A stretch of 64,000 bases of DNA, taken from NCBI RefSeq assembly GCF_037042905.1, contig NC_087251.1:10232001-10296000 (forward strand). The letters run 5' to 3'. The stretch's first letter is position 1, and each line of letters begins with the position of its first letter. Position numbers and translations under genes: made by a program. Below, one piece after another: positions 42,820-55,817 of this stretch. The stretch comes from Lytechinus pictus. Lineage: Eukaryota. The notes under the pieces are model-generated. The model searched no databases, had not been told where the DNA came from, and was given only the letters and a program-made list of their open reading frames with translations.

Positions 42820-44667
42820 AAATATATTAAATTACTAAGTTATACATAGACCCTCTCTAAATGATCTAAATTGATAATTAAATAAATCATAAATGAAATT
42901 AAAGGAAATACAGAATAAAAATATAGTCATGAAAATATTCATAAAATGAATTCAACACTCTTTTCTTCAAAGTAAGTAAACATTTGAAAAATATAATAAA
43001 TTTCGAATAAGAATAATATAAAAGATTATTTGAATTATTATCCAAATAATCCATGATTTAAATTGATAGGCTTAATGAGAATAATTGCTCTAATGAAAGA
43101 TATTAAAAACTATATACATTTTTATATGATAATGCATTGCTGTACTTTTTGACTGACGCAAATACTTTTATAAGTAGGAGTTGTTGGTTTTTTGTTGTCG
43201 TTAAGACGTTGTCCAAAATCTGTTTCACTAGGTATGAGAGCACGTAAGGTGATACTGATATTTTCACGTACTTGTTTGCTGACTGTGCAATGATATCTTG
43301 ACTGACACATCAGATTTGCGTTCTGTGACAACCACCTTTCAAAAAAAAAAATCAAACAGAATTTCACAAGTGTGAGTAGGGATATGATTAGGAATGTTTT
43401 CGTACATTGAATTTCTCTTCTTGTGCTTTTTTGCCCTGAAGTACGTATTAAAATCCGTTCTCATAATTGCTCTAAGGCAAATTATGTGAGGATTTTTAAG
43501 TATTTGTCGATTCTAAATGAAATGCCCTTCCTTTGGATAAAATAAGATGAATTGGAAAGTTTATAGATTCAACCTTCAGATCAGACGATTTATTTTGTCA
43601 TCAAATCATTGCAATTATGAGATATCATTCCTTTTTAGCGTATCTAAGCAACACTAAGTATCAACATAATTTCCCCACCGTCAGTATACATGCAGCTGAA
43701 CATTAAGGTTTGCACAATCATTAAACTGGCCCGGATAAAAAGCTCCTTAAATCCAGGTACATCCACTGGCATCTATTCGAAAATACTAAGCCGTCATACA
43801 TGATCAATTGCAAATAATTCTAAGAACGTTTAATCTGGTTTGCATGAAGGTCTGCTTAAATTGGGGCTAATTTGTTGTCGCTTAAATAACCACGATAATT
43901 AATTGCAAGTAAATAGCAGTGAGAAACCCTATGAGGTGTGATGAACGTAATAAATGTGTCTGTTTGTTGGTGCAGTAACCAGGCAAGACCAGAAATGAAG
44001 AGACGTAAAAAAACGCGGAGAATTCGCTGCTTTACGTTGAAGTACGAGAAGAAATAAAATCTGGTGAGTTTCGTCATGATATGCCATACATGCTACTAAA
44101 ATTATAAGAAGGAATCAAGGAGGGGGTGGGCTATTAGACCGTGAACCCCTAAAATTTTTTTAGGAAGTGGCCATTCGCGTAAATCCAGGGGCCGCCCCAG
44201 GAACCATGCTCTTTCTTTCACACATTTACTTTGGCGAGAGGAGAAAGAAGTAGGAGGGGAATTAAACATTATCGTATGTAATGAAATGTATCTACAAAAC
44301 CAAGGTAGCAATGAAACATTTTATTGCAAATAAACACAATTTATGAACAAAAATATTTACTTTTAAATGCATTAACATATTTAATGTCGATTCAAATATC
44401 AAGCAAGCCATAATTTTCCCCAGAACTCTTAAAAAAAATATCTTCATGAACATTTTTATAACAAAAAGGTACACGGCTAAATGAGATATTTGTTAAGGGT
44501 ATATTGGTTGATGAGTGTAAATATGAAGTCATTGCACAATATGATTACATTTTGGGTAATAGAGACGAGTGATATCTGTTGAATGAGAGTAAATCGATTA
44601 ATTTTGAGCCCCCACCCTTCAACTTAGAAATTGCACAGCAAGAGCAGACCGAAGGTTGTGCATGTTA

Positions 44668-44887
44668 CACTCTTAAAACAGATCAGTCAAATTGACTAGA
44701 CCAGTAGTCAGCTGGGAGCAACTGATATGGCAATCACTGATAGTCACATTTCTGACATATATTCTAGTCAGAAATAACTATATTCTAGTAAAATATGACT
44801 AGAAAATAGTCAAATATGACTAGAATAACAGTTGCTCCCAGCTGACCCTATTAACCAGTCATTTTTTACTGATTTGTTTTTAGAGTG
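44668..44887. mobile_element. CACT-ended MITE family B, copy 1
   Basis: CACTCTTAAAACAGATCAGT...ACTGATTTGTTTTTAGAGTG, TSD TA/TA, internal CAGCTGGGAGCAACTG inverted pair and TGACTAG subrepeats. Confidence 0.88.
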
Positions 44888-45532
44888 TACGATCAGCTTC
44901 TGGACCGTCATTTCGAGTCTGCTACCACCAACGTCTCACTCGGCCTGTTAGAGAAGTGAGCATTTTTGCAAGAATTCTATAAGCACGTTCAATAAATTAC
45001 AACAATCCGATGATGATGACAGTAATCATTCGAAACAATAAACGTGATACACAACAAAAGCACGTTCCTCCACATCATATGATATTTGCCATCTTCATCT
45101 TCAACATCACTACTATCATCTCATCATTATCTTCCTCAGAATACTTACAACCGCACAGTCACCTTTCCTCCTGATTGAATTTATCGAAATTTATTGCTTT
45201 CTAAGTAATTAACTTCGTTAGAAATCGTAATTATTATTACATCACCAATGTTTTTTTTATAGTCTCAGACAATTTCACATATAATTCTCAATTTATTATT
45301 TTGTTTGACCCATTTTTTACTTTTATGTCAATCCATATTCACCATAATGAACAAGTTCTTGCTTCATTATCATCAAAGTGGTTGTGTTTATTTCAATGTT
45401 CCCGATACCACAAGCATTCTACCTCAACACCATTACCCATCTTTTATGCATTCTTATTTATAACATTGTTTTTATTCTTCCCCTGTCGCCTCATCATATT
45501 ACAAAAAAGAGCATTCACATGATCATCTGTGT

Positions 45533-45797
45533 CATTGTCGTCATTTGTGATCATCATCATCATCATCATCATCCTCATCATCAGTGTCATCATCATCGTC
45601 ATTATCATCATCGTGATCATCACCATCACCACTATCACCAGCAGCATCTTCATCATCAACCTCATAACCATCATCATCAGCGTAGTAATCATCATCATCA
45701 TCGTCATCATCACCATCATCGTCATCATCACCAACATCGTCATCATCACCATCACCATCATCAGCATCATCACCATCACCATCATCATCATCATTAT
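45533..45797. repeat. Degenerate (CAT/CAC)n microsatellite
   Basis: Direct inspection; explains the overlapping poly-His, poly-Ile and poly-Met ORFs. Confidence 0.95.
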
Positions 45798-45871
45798 ACT
45801 GCGTTAAGTCATGAGGGAATCAATATTAACACAATACATAGCATGGTTTAATGGAATAAATATAGATCAAG

Positions 45872-45877
45872 TTTATT
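45872..45877 (-). terminator. Possible univin polyadenylation signal (would give a ~2.9 kb 3' UTR)
   Basis: AATAAA on the minus strand at the end of a U-rich stretch, just before the (CAT)n block. Other AATAAA hexamers exist. Confidence 0.25.
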
Positions 45878-47502
45878 TCAAGAAAGCAAAAACATAAAAA
45901 CTTATGCTGTGAATTTTAAAAAGTCACACAATAATTATTGGCAATATAAAATAATATTTAAATGTACACAGCACGATTCGCTATTTACATAAAATGCAGA
46001 AAATTATCTCCCTCAAAATTTGTTATCAAATTATTAAAAAACAATTTTGGTACATAAATTCAAATATTCAAGAGGGTGATAAAACTTATGATTGAACGCG
46101 GAAAAATAAATGCAAATTTAGTTTATTAATCATACAATATAAATTATCAAGAATGTGCGTAGTAACACAATTTGATCTAAAATATTTTGTCGGCATCGAG
46201 AAAAATAATGTCAGACTTGTAAATTTGAATTCATTAAGTCATGTATTTCTGTTTAAAACGCATTACCTCTGCCACTGCAAACAGTGATTGTCATTAATCA
46301 TATTATAATTCTTATATAAAGATCCCCGATCGACACAGAATCAACATTCATCATGTTCACAATATTGGAAATGGACACATTAAAGTAAAAGAATATAAAT
46401 TCATCCTTATCTTAAGAGGAATCACCTGCTAATTATGTCATATTCCCATCAAAGAACCCTTCGATATCAGGGTGCCCTCTAAGATTTTAAAGTAGTGAAA
46501 CAGGGGAATGGGAAAACAGAGAGAAATGGAGAAAGATGGGAGAAAAGAGGTATAATGAAATTTCCAGGTCGTGTATCTATTGAACACCCTACAATTCAGT
46601 AGAGATAATAGAGAAAAAATATGACGTCACCTTTAGATAGTCTTGCCCCTATCAAAATATCCTGACGCCGCTCCTGATAGATAGATACATTTCTCTAGTA
46701 AATATATACAAAAAAATAAAAATAAAACTCTGATCAAGGATAACATTTTGTAAGATTGATAATATCATCAGAATATTCTGTTCAGTTATTACTTGCAAAA
46801 GTATGCCTTTATTTTAGCATAGCTCATCTATGTGGAATTTCCGGGGGGGTAAGATCTGTTCGTATTTTTTTTTCAAAGGACAGAATATCGCCAGAGAGTG
46901 TCACCATGGAATCACACGATGGTATAATCGTGATTTTATTGGAATCAATGGTAATCATCATACCCATGATACCGGCAACTCGGGACACCACAATATAAAG
47001 TTTTGACGACGGATTTTCAAGATACGATCTATGACTGCAACACAAACTGAACATTGTGATGAAAGAATGTCTTCTTATATACCCGAGTGGTTTTTCATGA
47101 AGCTGTTCATAAAGTTACGCATGAATTTACGCACGACTGGGATGTGTCCTTAATATCTTTTAAGCACAAGAAGGGGTCGTTCGTAAAATCAAGCGTAACT
47201 GACAGGGTTTTTTTTTTGAACGACCATCAGGAGCAATGGACCACTTGCCCATTTAAAACCAACGTTGTTAGTTGGTTTTACCAACTAGTTTTCATCCCAC
47301 TGCTGAGCAAAATGGAGGATCAGTCTTTCTTTTGAGGAATAAGAAATGAGTAATCATACCATAATAATCAAGTGAATGGAGACATAATTTCAAACAGAAG
47401 TTGCTCGGTATGAGAACCTTGTCGCACCCTCTGCGTTCGAGGATTAAAAAAGAAGATCATGCATGACAAAAGTGGGATTCATAGATACTTTAAGAGATGT
47501 AA

Positions 47503-47696
47503 AACCTTGGTCACAACCCATCGTGTATGCTTATGTAAGCACGCGCATCTCAGCTGTAATCGACTCTGACCAATTTTCCAATTTCTGCTATTCGTTCTTC
47601 TTATTAAGACGTACAGATCACAGAAAGTTGCCGATAGTACGCAACCAGCGATGCACCTTAGTGCAAAAGCACGCGCCATGGGTTGCGACCACGGCT
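47503..47696. mobile_element. Short TIR element downstream of the univin stop
   Basis: TGGTCACAACCCAT / ATGGGTTGCGACCA inverted termini. Confidence 0.6.
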
Positions 47697-48755
47697 TTTC
47701 TATCGTCACCTATGTCTTCTTTTGAATGATTCGGCTAAATAAATGGACTGGACGTTTAACAAGCAATCGCAACGAACTAATTCTTCGACATTGTGGTCGT
47801 ACATACATGAAGAGTGTCAGTTGCTGAAAATCACTTCTTTACCCCGAGTTCGGCCTCGGGAGAGACTCATACTCTCGTCAACTTACACCCTTTTAAAGTA
47901 TTCGTAACAGTAGAGCGACGACACCTACTGACAGTGTCGAATATTTATAGAGTCACGCCAACCCAAACTTGGTTAAGGTTTCCAACTAATGACGTTTAAA
48001 TGATAAATAGGCAACATAATGATTGCTTTGTCCAGAAAGGGTAGAAAAAATAGCGTAAGCTATCCTGCGATAAACGGTGACAAAGTTTTCTACACTCGAA
48101 ATGTAACATACAATAATAAGATTGTGACTTACATTACAGAAAGGTGGGGTTGAGAAATTGCTCAATGAATATTAAGGCCATTGCGAAGGTCTCTTATAAG
48201 CAAGTACGTAAGATCATGTGCAACAGTATGCATCAATTTCCCACCCGTTATACTCGATGTCATTGTCATAAGACGCCATTCAAAAGTTAGTGAGTGACTG
48301 GTCTATTTTTTCTATTTTTTTTTACATTTTCAGTGTGTTCCATCCAAAATTCCCATCCAATTTCCCATCCCAAGAATACCCCAATAGAGCTAATGATTGT
48401 ATTTTAATTTGTCATTGGAACCAGCAGAATCGAATTGGATTAGTGAGGGCAAAATGCTTTCAACAGCCAATCCGAACATGATATAAACTAATTTTGCTTT
48501 AACTGTCGCAGTACAAGAATAATAACACATGATCTTGTAGATCTTTGGAAGCAGAACGTGGTTCAAAACCTTGCGAGAGGAATGCTAAAACTGCTTCAAA
48601 CAAATTACTCATAAAAACGCGCCAAATATGGGATTTCTTCCTTTGTTTCATCAGACACACTCAGACTTGACGCTGTGCAGTTCTTCGTACGCCATGGTTC
48701 TTCGTAGCATTTACTGTTGTCATTCTACGGTAAGTGTTTCCTAAACCGAGGTCTT

Positions 48756-49618
48756 TCATCGACACCCACAAGCTTCTACCACCATATCTTCATACTGTCT
48801 AAGCACCACATTCTCATTATTATCAAAATATAACATAGAGATGCCAGAGAGTTTAGTAGGAGCACAACAGACCTTTGGAACAGCTCGGTTATCGATTGAA
48901 TTGACGAGTGTCTGTATGATGGCGTGATTGGTACCATTGAGTCGTTCACCGAGTGGAAATGGACACTCGCCATCACAGTAATACGCTTGGTAGCCCATTG
49001 GAGCAATGATCCAATCCTCCCACCCGACGTCACGGAAGCTCACAAAGAGACGATGTCGTTGACAAAGGTTGGTGAGTGATGCCGTCGGGAATGAGGAAAT
49101 ATCGGCGGTAGTTTCGCTTTCAGCTTGTCGCTTGTTCCGTCGATTCGATTGACGACACTGTCGATACTCTGACGACGTCACAATCAGATTGGCTGTACAT
49201 TTATTACCCATCATTCCAAGCTCTTTAATGGTTCTACGATCACTTCGACTGTTGCCTGAATTCGGTAGCGTCTCCATGTGTAGCAAGAGACCGTGGTTTG
49301 ATATTTTCTTTGATCGCCATGAGCTCGCAGTCATCATCACATCTATCGTCCCCGCGTAGCCTTCGGACATGTCTGCAAACACAACATCGAGCAATCTCAA
49401 ACGTTTGTCTTTCAATGAAACAACTGAATTTAGCCTAGTCCGACTTTGTAGTTGGTATATTCTCAGTGCTAATGTAGAGGCATCCGATGTTGATGACAGA
49501 GCGGGAATCTCGAGTCGGAGATCGGCAGCCTCAATGGTTTCTGCTTTAGGAATGGAAGCTACGTCGAAGTAGAGAATTTGTTGAAGGCTTGTTGAGTTGC
49601 TTGTTTGGAAGCTACCAC
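48756..49618 (-). CDS. univin: Univin (Vg1/GDF1-like) second coding exon with mature TGF-beta domain
   Basis: RRNKR/Q furin site; [37 protein letters not shown]...CC...CGCR-TGA. Acceptor tttgtttattacAG at 49620-49619; phase-1 join TCA G|GT is in frame. Confidence 0.95.
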
Positions 49619-52600
49619 CTGTAATAAACAAAGATTGATAAAATAAAATAAATAATGTATTCAAAATACCACTATTCAGACTTGAGCAGAGTAATTAAAT
49701 TGAATAGTGACTACCACTTTATAATCATATGTTTAGCCAATATTTGGTCATTTTACAACAGCAGTACAGCACGATCACACTCCATTCAAACCTTGTTGTA
49801 AACGTGCATGTAAATGTGGTTTTCTTTACTCTGTGCACATATCATAAACCACTACGTATTCTTTTAAATTACTCACATGTACTTAAATATGAATTAAGTG
49901 CCACTACCGTTTTCAATAAGAGCTCAACATCAATGAGTTCCATTATAAAAGGTAGACGTAGATGGCGTCATCCACCTGTTGCCAAATTAAATTCCCTTTA
50001 TAAAACTATTCTGGCTGTTTTATTCATAAAATGATAGGTCTTTCAATTGGCTTGATCATCGGTTGATTGTGGGTATCAATACTAGCAAATATTAGCAACC
50101 TATTCAAAATGACTTGAAAACACTTCTTCCACTAGAAAATCACAGCTATAAATGACTTGGAGCAATGGGTATAGCTCGGGAAAAGTATAGTTCAATTTCA
50201 AATTTCTTTGTTGTAAAATTATGTTTGAATAAAAAAAAAAACAAGTCCCTTTAATAAGAAGTTACAACGTCACATTCTGTCTGATTAATATTTCGTTTTG
50301 TCGAGTCGACTAAAATCACTTAGTAAGTCGACATGCCGACATAAGGTTTTACATATTACAAGTCGATATTGCAAGCAAGATACTAAATATTTAATATCGA
50401 CTTTGTAGTGGACATGATTTATCTTGATATCTAGTCAAGTAAAATAACAGAATAAACCTTTCGTAATTTTATAGTACATGATATTTTCGACATCAGAAAA
50501 GCTTGGATAGAATTTAGCCTTTAATGCCAACATAGGAAAGCCTGGATATGATCGGTAGGTTCGGTGTTCGTGATACAGTTATGAAGATGATGGGTGTCAC
50601 GTGATGAGGATTTCATTTGATACACTTTAACTGCCAATCAAATATATGGTTCGGTAAACCTTGTCAAGAATCATCAAGCAATTACGGGAGCACCCGTGCC
50701 CGGCTCAGGTGTACCCTTTGAAGGGGTATCATGCCGCCGATCCTGGTGGGTATACCCATCTCTCGTCACCCTGAATGCAGCGGCAAAACCCCGACACAGC
50801 CTGACAGGTCTACAAGGTGTCTCAATACCACGGGTTCATAAACATAAGCTAGGGGACAAGGAGAGGGAACGCTGGCGTATGAACGTATGGAAAATTTCAA
50901 AATCAACTCAAGAATTATATAAAGTATGTAAAACGTCACCTAAGTTTATTAGGCTCGTCGCTCGTGTGTGCGTCGGTGGCAACGGGGTTGTGTTCTCATC
51001 TTCTGCCCCTCTAAAAGTGAGGATGTAATTATGTCAATTCAAAGAGAAGCTCATCCGTTAGCTTGTAAAATTTACCTTTACTCAATTATCATCATTGCAT
51101 ATTAACCCCGAAGAGCGTCAGTTCTGTTTTGTCGTACTTTTTTTTTGTGCCTACACAAACAGTTTTCCATTTTTTTATGGTAATGGTTTATTGAAAATTC
51201 ATTCGCAGCCATAGGCTGAATTGCAAAATATTTTACAAAACAAGTACAAGAATATAAATTATGATAATCAATTGCATAGTGACACAATGCTTAAGAAATT
51301 AAAATATTAAAAACAAAAAACATAAATAGAAGGATACGGTATTTTTTTATCATGCATTATCAAAATTAAACAGCTTAATCATATATAACATGAAAATATT
51401 CATAACAATTACAGATGTTGTGTTTATTACGGTGGGTTCTTGTATGTTGCAGTGATGGGCATGCAACGGGGGGGGGGCTTGAAAGCCTAATTCTTTTTTT
51501 AACTTTATATTGTGAATATTTACCCTTTACCCTGGAATTTCCCTGGTTATACCAGATACGATAATCCAACCCCTCGGGGACCACCAGCAAGCTGGTCTAC
51601 CAGGAATCAACGCACCATGTATGGGACTTGACAATATATTATATTCATGATACACCCTGTACTCAGTTTTGCGTTTCACCCGAGGGTCAATTATCCATCC
51701 CCCGGAGTAAAACTCAGGAATGCAGGTATGACAAGTCGGACCTTTACAAAATACCAAGTTTAAAATCCATCAACTCATCTCTAACACATCCAACTTCCCC
51801 AGCCCCACCCCCTCTCTCTCATCTTCTTTTCGCTTCTCTACAGGTACATGATGGTCGCCAGATGATGTGTTTATTACGGTGGGTTCTTGGTGAACATCTG
51901 TAAGTCTTCAGACCCACGGGCAGAAAAAATATCATGGCATTGCACTTGAACTCGGCTTAGATTACAATGTCAGATATACAGCAAAGTGCAAGCCCAAAAT
52001 CTACCCTCAACCTTTTTGTGAATTCCATTTTAGAATCCCATATTTGACGTTGGATGAGGTAGTGTAGGAATAGCGGTATATATTTTAGAAATAACAAGCT
52101 AGTACTGACAAAACACGTTAAAGTGTTCAAGGGTTTACTATCGCGAAGAAATAATGATCAGAGCCATCCATGTAGTATTTCCAGTAAAAACGACTGACGC
52201 CATCTTGTGTCCACTTAGGAGGCACACCAGTTGTGTGATGAATCAAACTTCGACTGGCGGAGAGAAGATGAAGTAGGCAGAGAAAGGGAGGAAAAAGGAA
52301 GAAGAGGGAGAAGTCCGGGCGCAATGTCCTTCCAAAGATGACAATAATTAGTAAAATGTTTGAAAGTGTAAGCGGGAGAGTGAAACGACCGAGCGCATTA
52401 CAGAGGTTTTGTTTTACCTTGCATTTTATGATTGAAAAAAAAAAAGTATTTGGGGGTACATTTTCCGACATTTTCACGTGCATTTTGTGAATATTTTTGT
52501 AAATCAAAATTATGGGTGGGCAACAACCCAGCCTGGGCACAATTATTATGACCATGTGCTTATTTCTAACAAAGAGGGCAAACATTCAGATTCTAAAACC

Positions 52601-53752
52601 GATATAACAGTTTCATAGGTGCCATTGATTATGACATTGTGGTTTCAAGTATTCGTCTGAGCTTATAAGAGCATCAACAGGTTTCGTCATTCAACCGGGT
52701 GCGAATTACAGAATTCTGTATTATTATTTTATTATTTCCCATTCCTCCTCTCTCAACAATCATAAAATATCTTAAGGAAATCGTGTCGTAGTCTTTGAAG
52801 GACAAAACAACGTTGGAAACATAGCAGTGTTCCCCCTTTCCTATAGTCGCTTAACTTTGTAACATTTTGTTGGGCAAACGTCTTTGAGGAAAAACAGAAC
52901 CATGTTAGGTAGTTATGACATTAAAATGTGACATTACTAAATTTCACCGTGATAAAAACTGCTGTGTTTTTAATCGAAAATACAGAATATCGCATGTTCA
53001 TTCAACGAAAGTAAAGGCGTCCCCCTCGAGATCGCCGTGTCATCCTATCCTACGGCTGACATCATATTTGAACGATGATACATCGATCGATTTCCGGCAA
53101 CCTTGCAAACAGTCATTGTGTGACGTAACAATAGTAATAGATCCGATCCGTATGGAAATTATTCATGTACCGATTACATACCGCACACATTACAAAGTAT
53201 ACATGTTTTATTATGTAGTGTTTATGAAAAAGAAACTTACATAAATTAATTCCATGTATAGTGCGTCTGGGTTTTAATGTTTTAAGTTCATGGATGTTAA
53301 TTCAATTTGGTCTGAGGTCAAACGGTTGATAATATAAGCAAAAATCCGTGTTACTGTGATATATTATTTCTAACATCTGATGTGGATTTTGTGAGCATCC
53401 CGTCGAAACTCTTATTTGCCAATTTAAATCAGGGATGTGTGTTTGAAATCATTTTCTCCTTTCTTCTCCTTTAATTGCACTACTAAAGTAATAAAAAGAT
53501 AAATTGCATTAAATGTCGCAAAAAATCACAATTTACTTCAGATTTACGCACATGTCACCAATTAATCAACGAGGACTAATGAAGTTTTTTAATAAAACTA
53601 ATGTTGATACTCTGTATGCCGACTCATGTGCTATTTTATCAAGTAATTTTCATTAAACCTTTTGAATTATTTTATTCTTTGATTTAAATTGGCCAGGAGG
53701 TTACCATTGAACACGGAAGAAGATACAGTACATGACTGTTTTAGTACAAAAT

Positions 53753-53985
53753 CAGTGGAGTAACGGGCCAGCAATTTCGAGGGGGCAATTAAAAAAATAC
53801 GACCGAGCTAAGCGATTGAGCAAAAAAAGACCCTTTAATATACAATCTAATTTTGTGATAAATTTTGACGTAGTATTATTCGGATATAAAGTCATATTTC
53901 ACTCTTTTCCCTTTTATCCTTTTTTCTTAGTCGTTAAACTTTTTTGGGGACGTAGCAACCCAAGCCCAACATCCTTACGCCAGTG
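53753..53985. mobile_element. hAT-like CAGTGG-ended element in the univin intron
   Basis: CAGTGGAGTAA...TTACGCCAGTG termini with the same architecture. No clear TSD. Confidence 0.55.
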
Positions 53986-54404
53986 CAACAAAGAAAATAA
54001 ACAATGGCAGCATATACTTTAATAAGGGAGACTACAAAATAATATGTGACAGTTCTTCTTATCATTTAGAATGGCATGTGTGCTTTTAAAATATAGACGA
54101 AATTATCAGCTCTATCTAATTTTAGATCCCGAACGCAGGTGCACATAATTTATGGCGTTTTTATGTATTTTTTTATCCAAGATACAAGATACAAGAAGAC
54201 GCCATACTGCAAGTTTTACGGATATAAAAAGTTTTGTCAAATGATAACGAATCTAGCAAGATTTTTTGTCGCAATACGTCTTTTAGAAAAGTGCTAATAT
54301 GGGGTGTACTTCGTGATTAGCGCAGAGTAGCTCAAAAGGAATATTGTAATAAACGGAGTAAAAAAATGACCATGACAGATTCTTGTCCTAGAGTTGTGTT
54401 GCAT

Positions 54405-54548
54405 GGTGGGACTTGTCAGATATTTTATCCGAAAGAGTTTGTTTTATCATACAGTTACCATAGTGAGAATTAGACAACCGTGCTTCTCAGCTAATCAAAA
54501 TCAAGTAAGTTATCAGCTCTGACAACTTGAAGGACGAAAGATGATGAG
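54405..54548 (-). mobile_element. MITE family C-related degenerate copy (univin intron)
   Basis: Reverse complement of the family core (CAGTTACCATAG...CTCAGCTAATCAAAATCAAG...CTGACAACTT). Confidence 0.6.
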
Positions 54549-55512
54549 TTCAATTTTCCGAAAAAGGGACACTTAAAATGAAAAAAAAGAGAAAATATTA
54601 ACCATATAGTGAAGTGGATCTACACCCTTGTTCATTAACCTGCTTTATTCTACATAGGGTCTTGTTTAAAGTATGCTTTTAACTCTAACTTCTATAGGGT
54701 ATTAAATGCCCTTAAACAAATTTTCTATAGAATGTTACAGATTCATCTTAGTAGAATGAGATGAGAAAATGGTGTTTTCAAGAAGGCGTTGGCTTCGGGG
54801 GTGCAGCTTCAAAACCTCTTTGTTTGGCCCGCTTAAGGATTAAATGAGTTTACATGGAATACTAAGCACATCGATCGAACGTTATTGATGAAGTAATTAA
54901 TTGCAAAGAGATCCGTATTCTTGAAAGTAACTAATCCATTTTCAAATCATGTCCTTTTAACGCACTAACTAAAGGGTCAAGTTCTTGAATCAAAGTATTT
55001 TAACAAGCCTAGTCAGTGAATAAACTAAGAGAAAATAGAGTGATGTCACACGACCTTTCATTTCTTCCAAGAAGTGTCAATGAACCAATGATAGTTAGGC
55101 TGTTACTTAGGGGTACTATGATATAAAAACATTAGTTGGGGAATAAAAATGTTCGGGAATTGACATTACAAAACGCTACCAAACAAAATACAGAATGTGA
55201 AAAATGGGACACGAAGGGGAAAATGTATAAAAAAAAACACCGAAATAAATATGCGCAAGTAGAATAAGAGGGGACCGATTTGTGTAAAGAGTTTATGATA
55301 CGAAATGAATACTCAGCGCTTAATGTTAAACAAAATATATTTAGATAAAGATCGTAATTTTTTATCAAAGGACCATCCTACGGCCAAGAAAAATATAACT
55401 AATATGTATATAAATTGAAACAATACTGTTAAACCGTGGATAAAATATAACTTATCAGGGGTCGACAATAAGGAGACGGGGGGGGGGGGAGAACTTTATA
55501 TTACATAGGTCT

Positions 55513-55633
55513 GTGAATCATATGATTGACTCCCGTATTCAAATTCATTAGAAGTGGGGCGTATAAAGTGAATAAATATGATTGAAACCCGGATTGAAAT
55601 TCATTGGAAGTGGGGCATATAAAGTGAATAAAT
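55513..55633. repeat. Local ~56-bp tandem duplication in the univin intron
   Basis: ATATGATTGA..CC.G.ATT.AAATTCATT.GAAGTGGGGC.TATAAAGTGAATAAATA occurs twice. Confidence 0.85.
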
Positions 55634-55817
55634 AAAATGGGTAGCATATTATTGTTGAAAATAAATCAAGCAATGGGGACAGCTGTCAGCTGCCTTAACC
55701 TTGGCCTGGTAGTAATTGGCGTGACACATGTCATTATATGATATCGTTAATCATTCTTCAACCTAGCATATGGCTAGAAAGAAATACAAGATGCAAAGTT
55801 CAAGATACTAGACCCAC

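Noticed and set aside
23720..45500. A third gene or TGF-beta pseudogene between univin and bmp2/4
   Set aside because: No ORF with cystine-knot or other recognisable motifs. A TBLASTN/HMM search would be needed to exclude small or decayed exons.
45378..45851. His-rich, Met-rich and Ile-rich ORFs
   Set aside because: All are reading frames of a (CAT)n microsatellite, with no exon context.
49619..49664. Hydrophobic N-terminus [15 protein letters not shown] as a univin signal peptide
   Set aside because: It is translated intronic pyrimidine tract upstream of the acceptor. The real signal peptide starts at 56133.
52127..52585. 152-aa ORF in the univin intron
   Set aside because: Low-complexity, no recognisable domain, overlaps repeat-like sequence.
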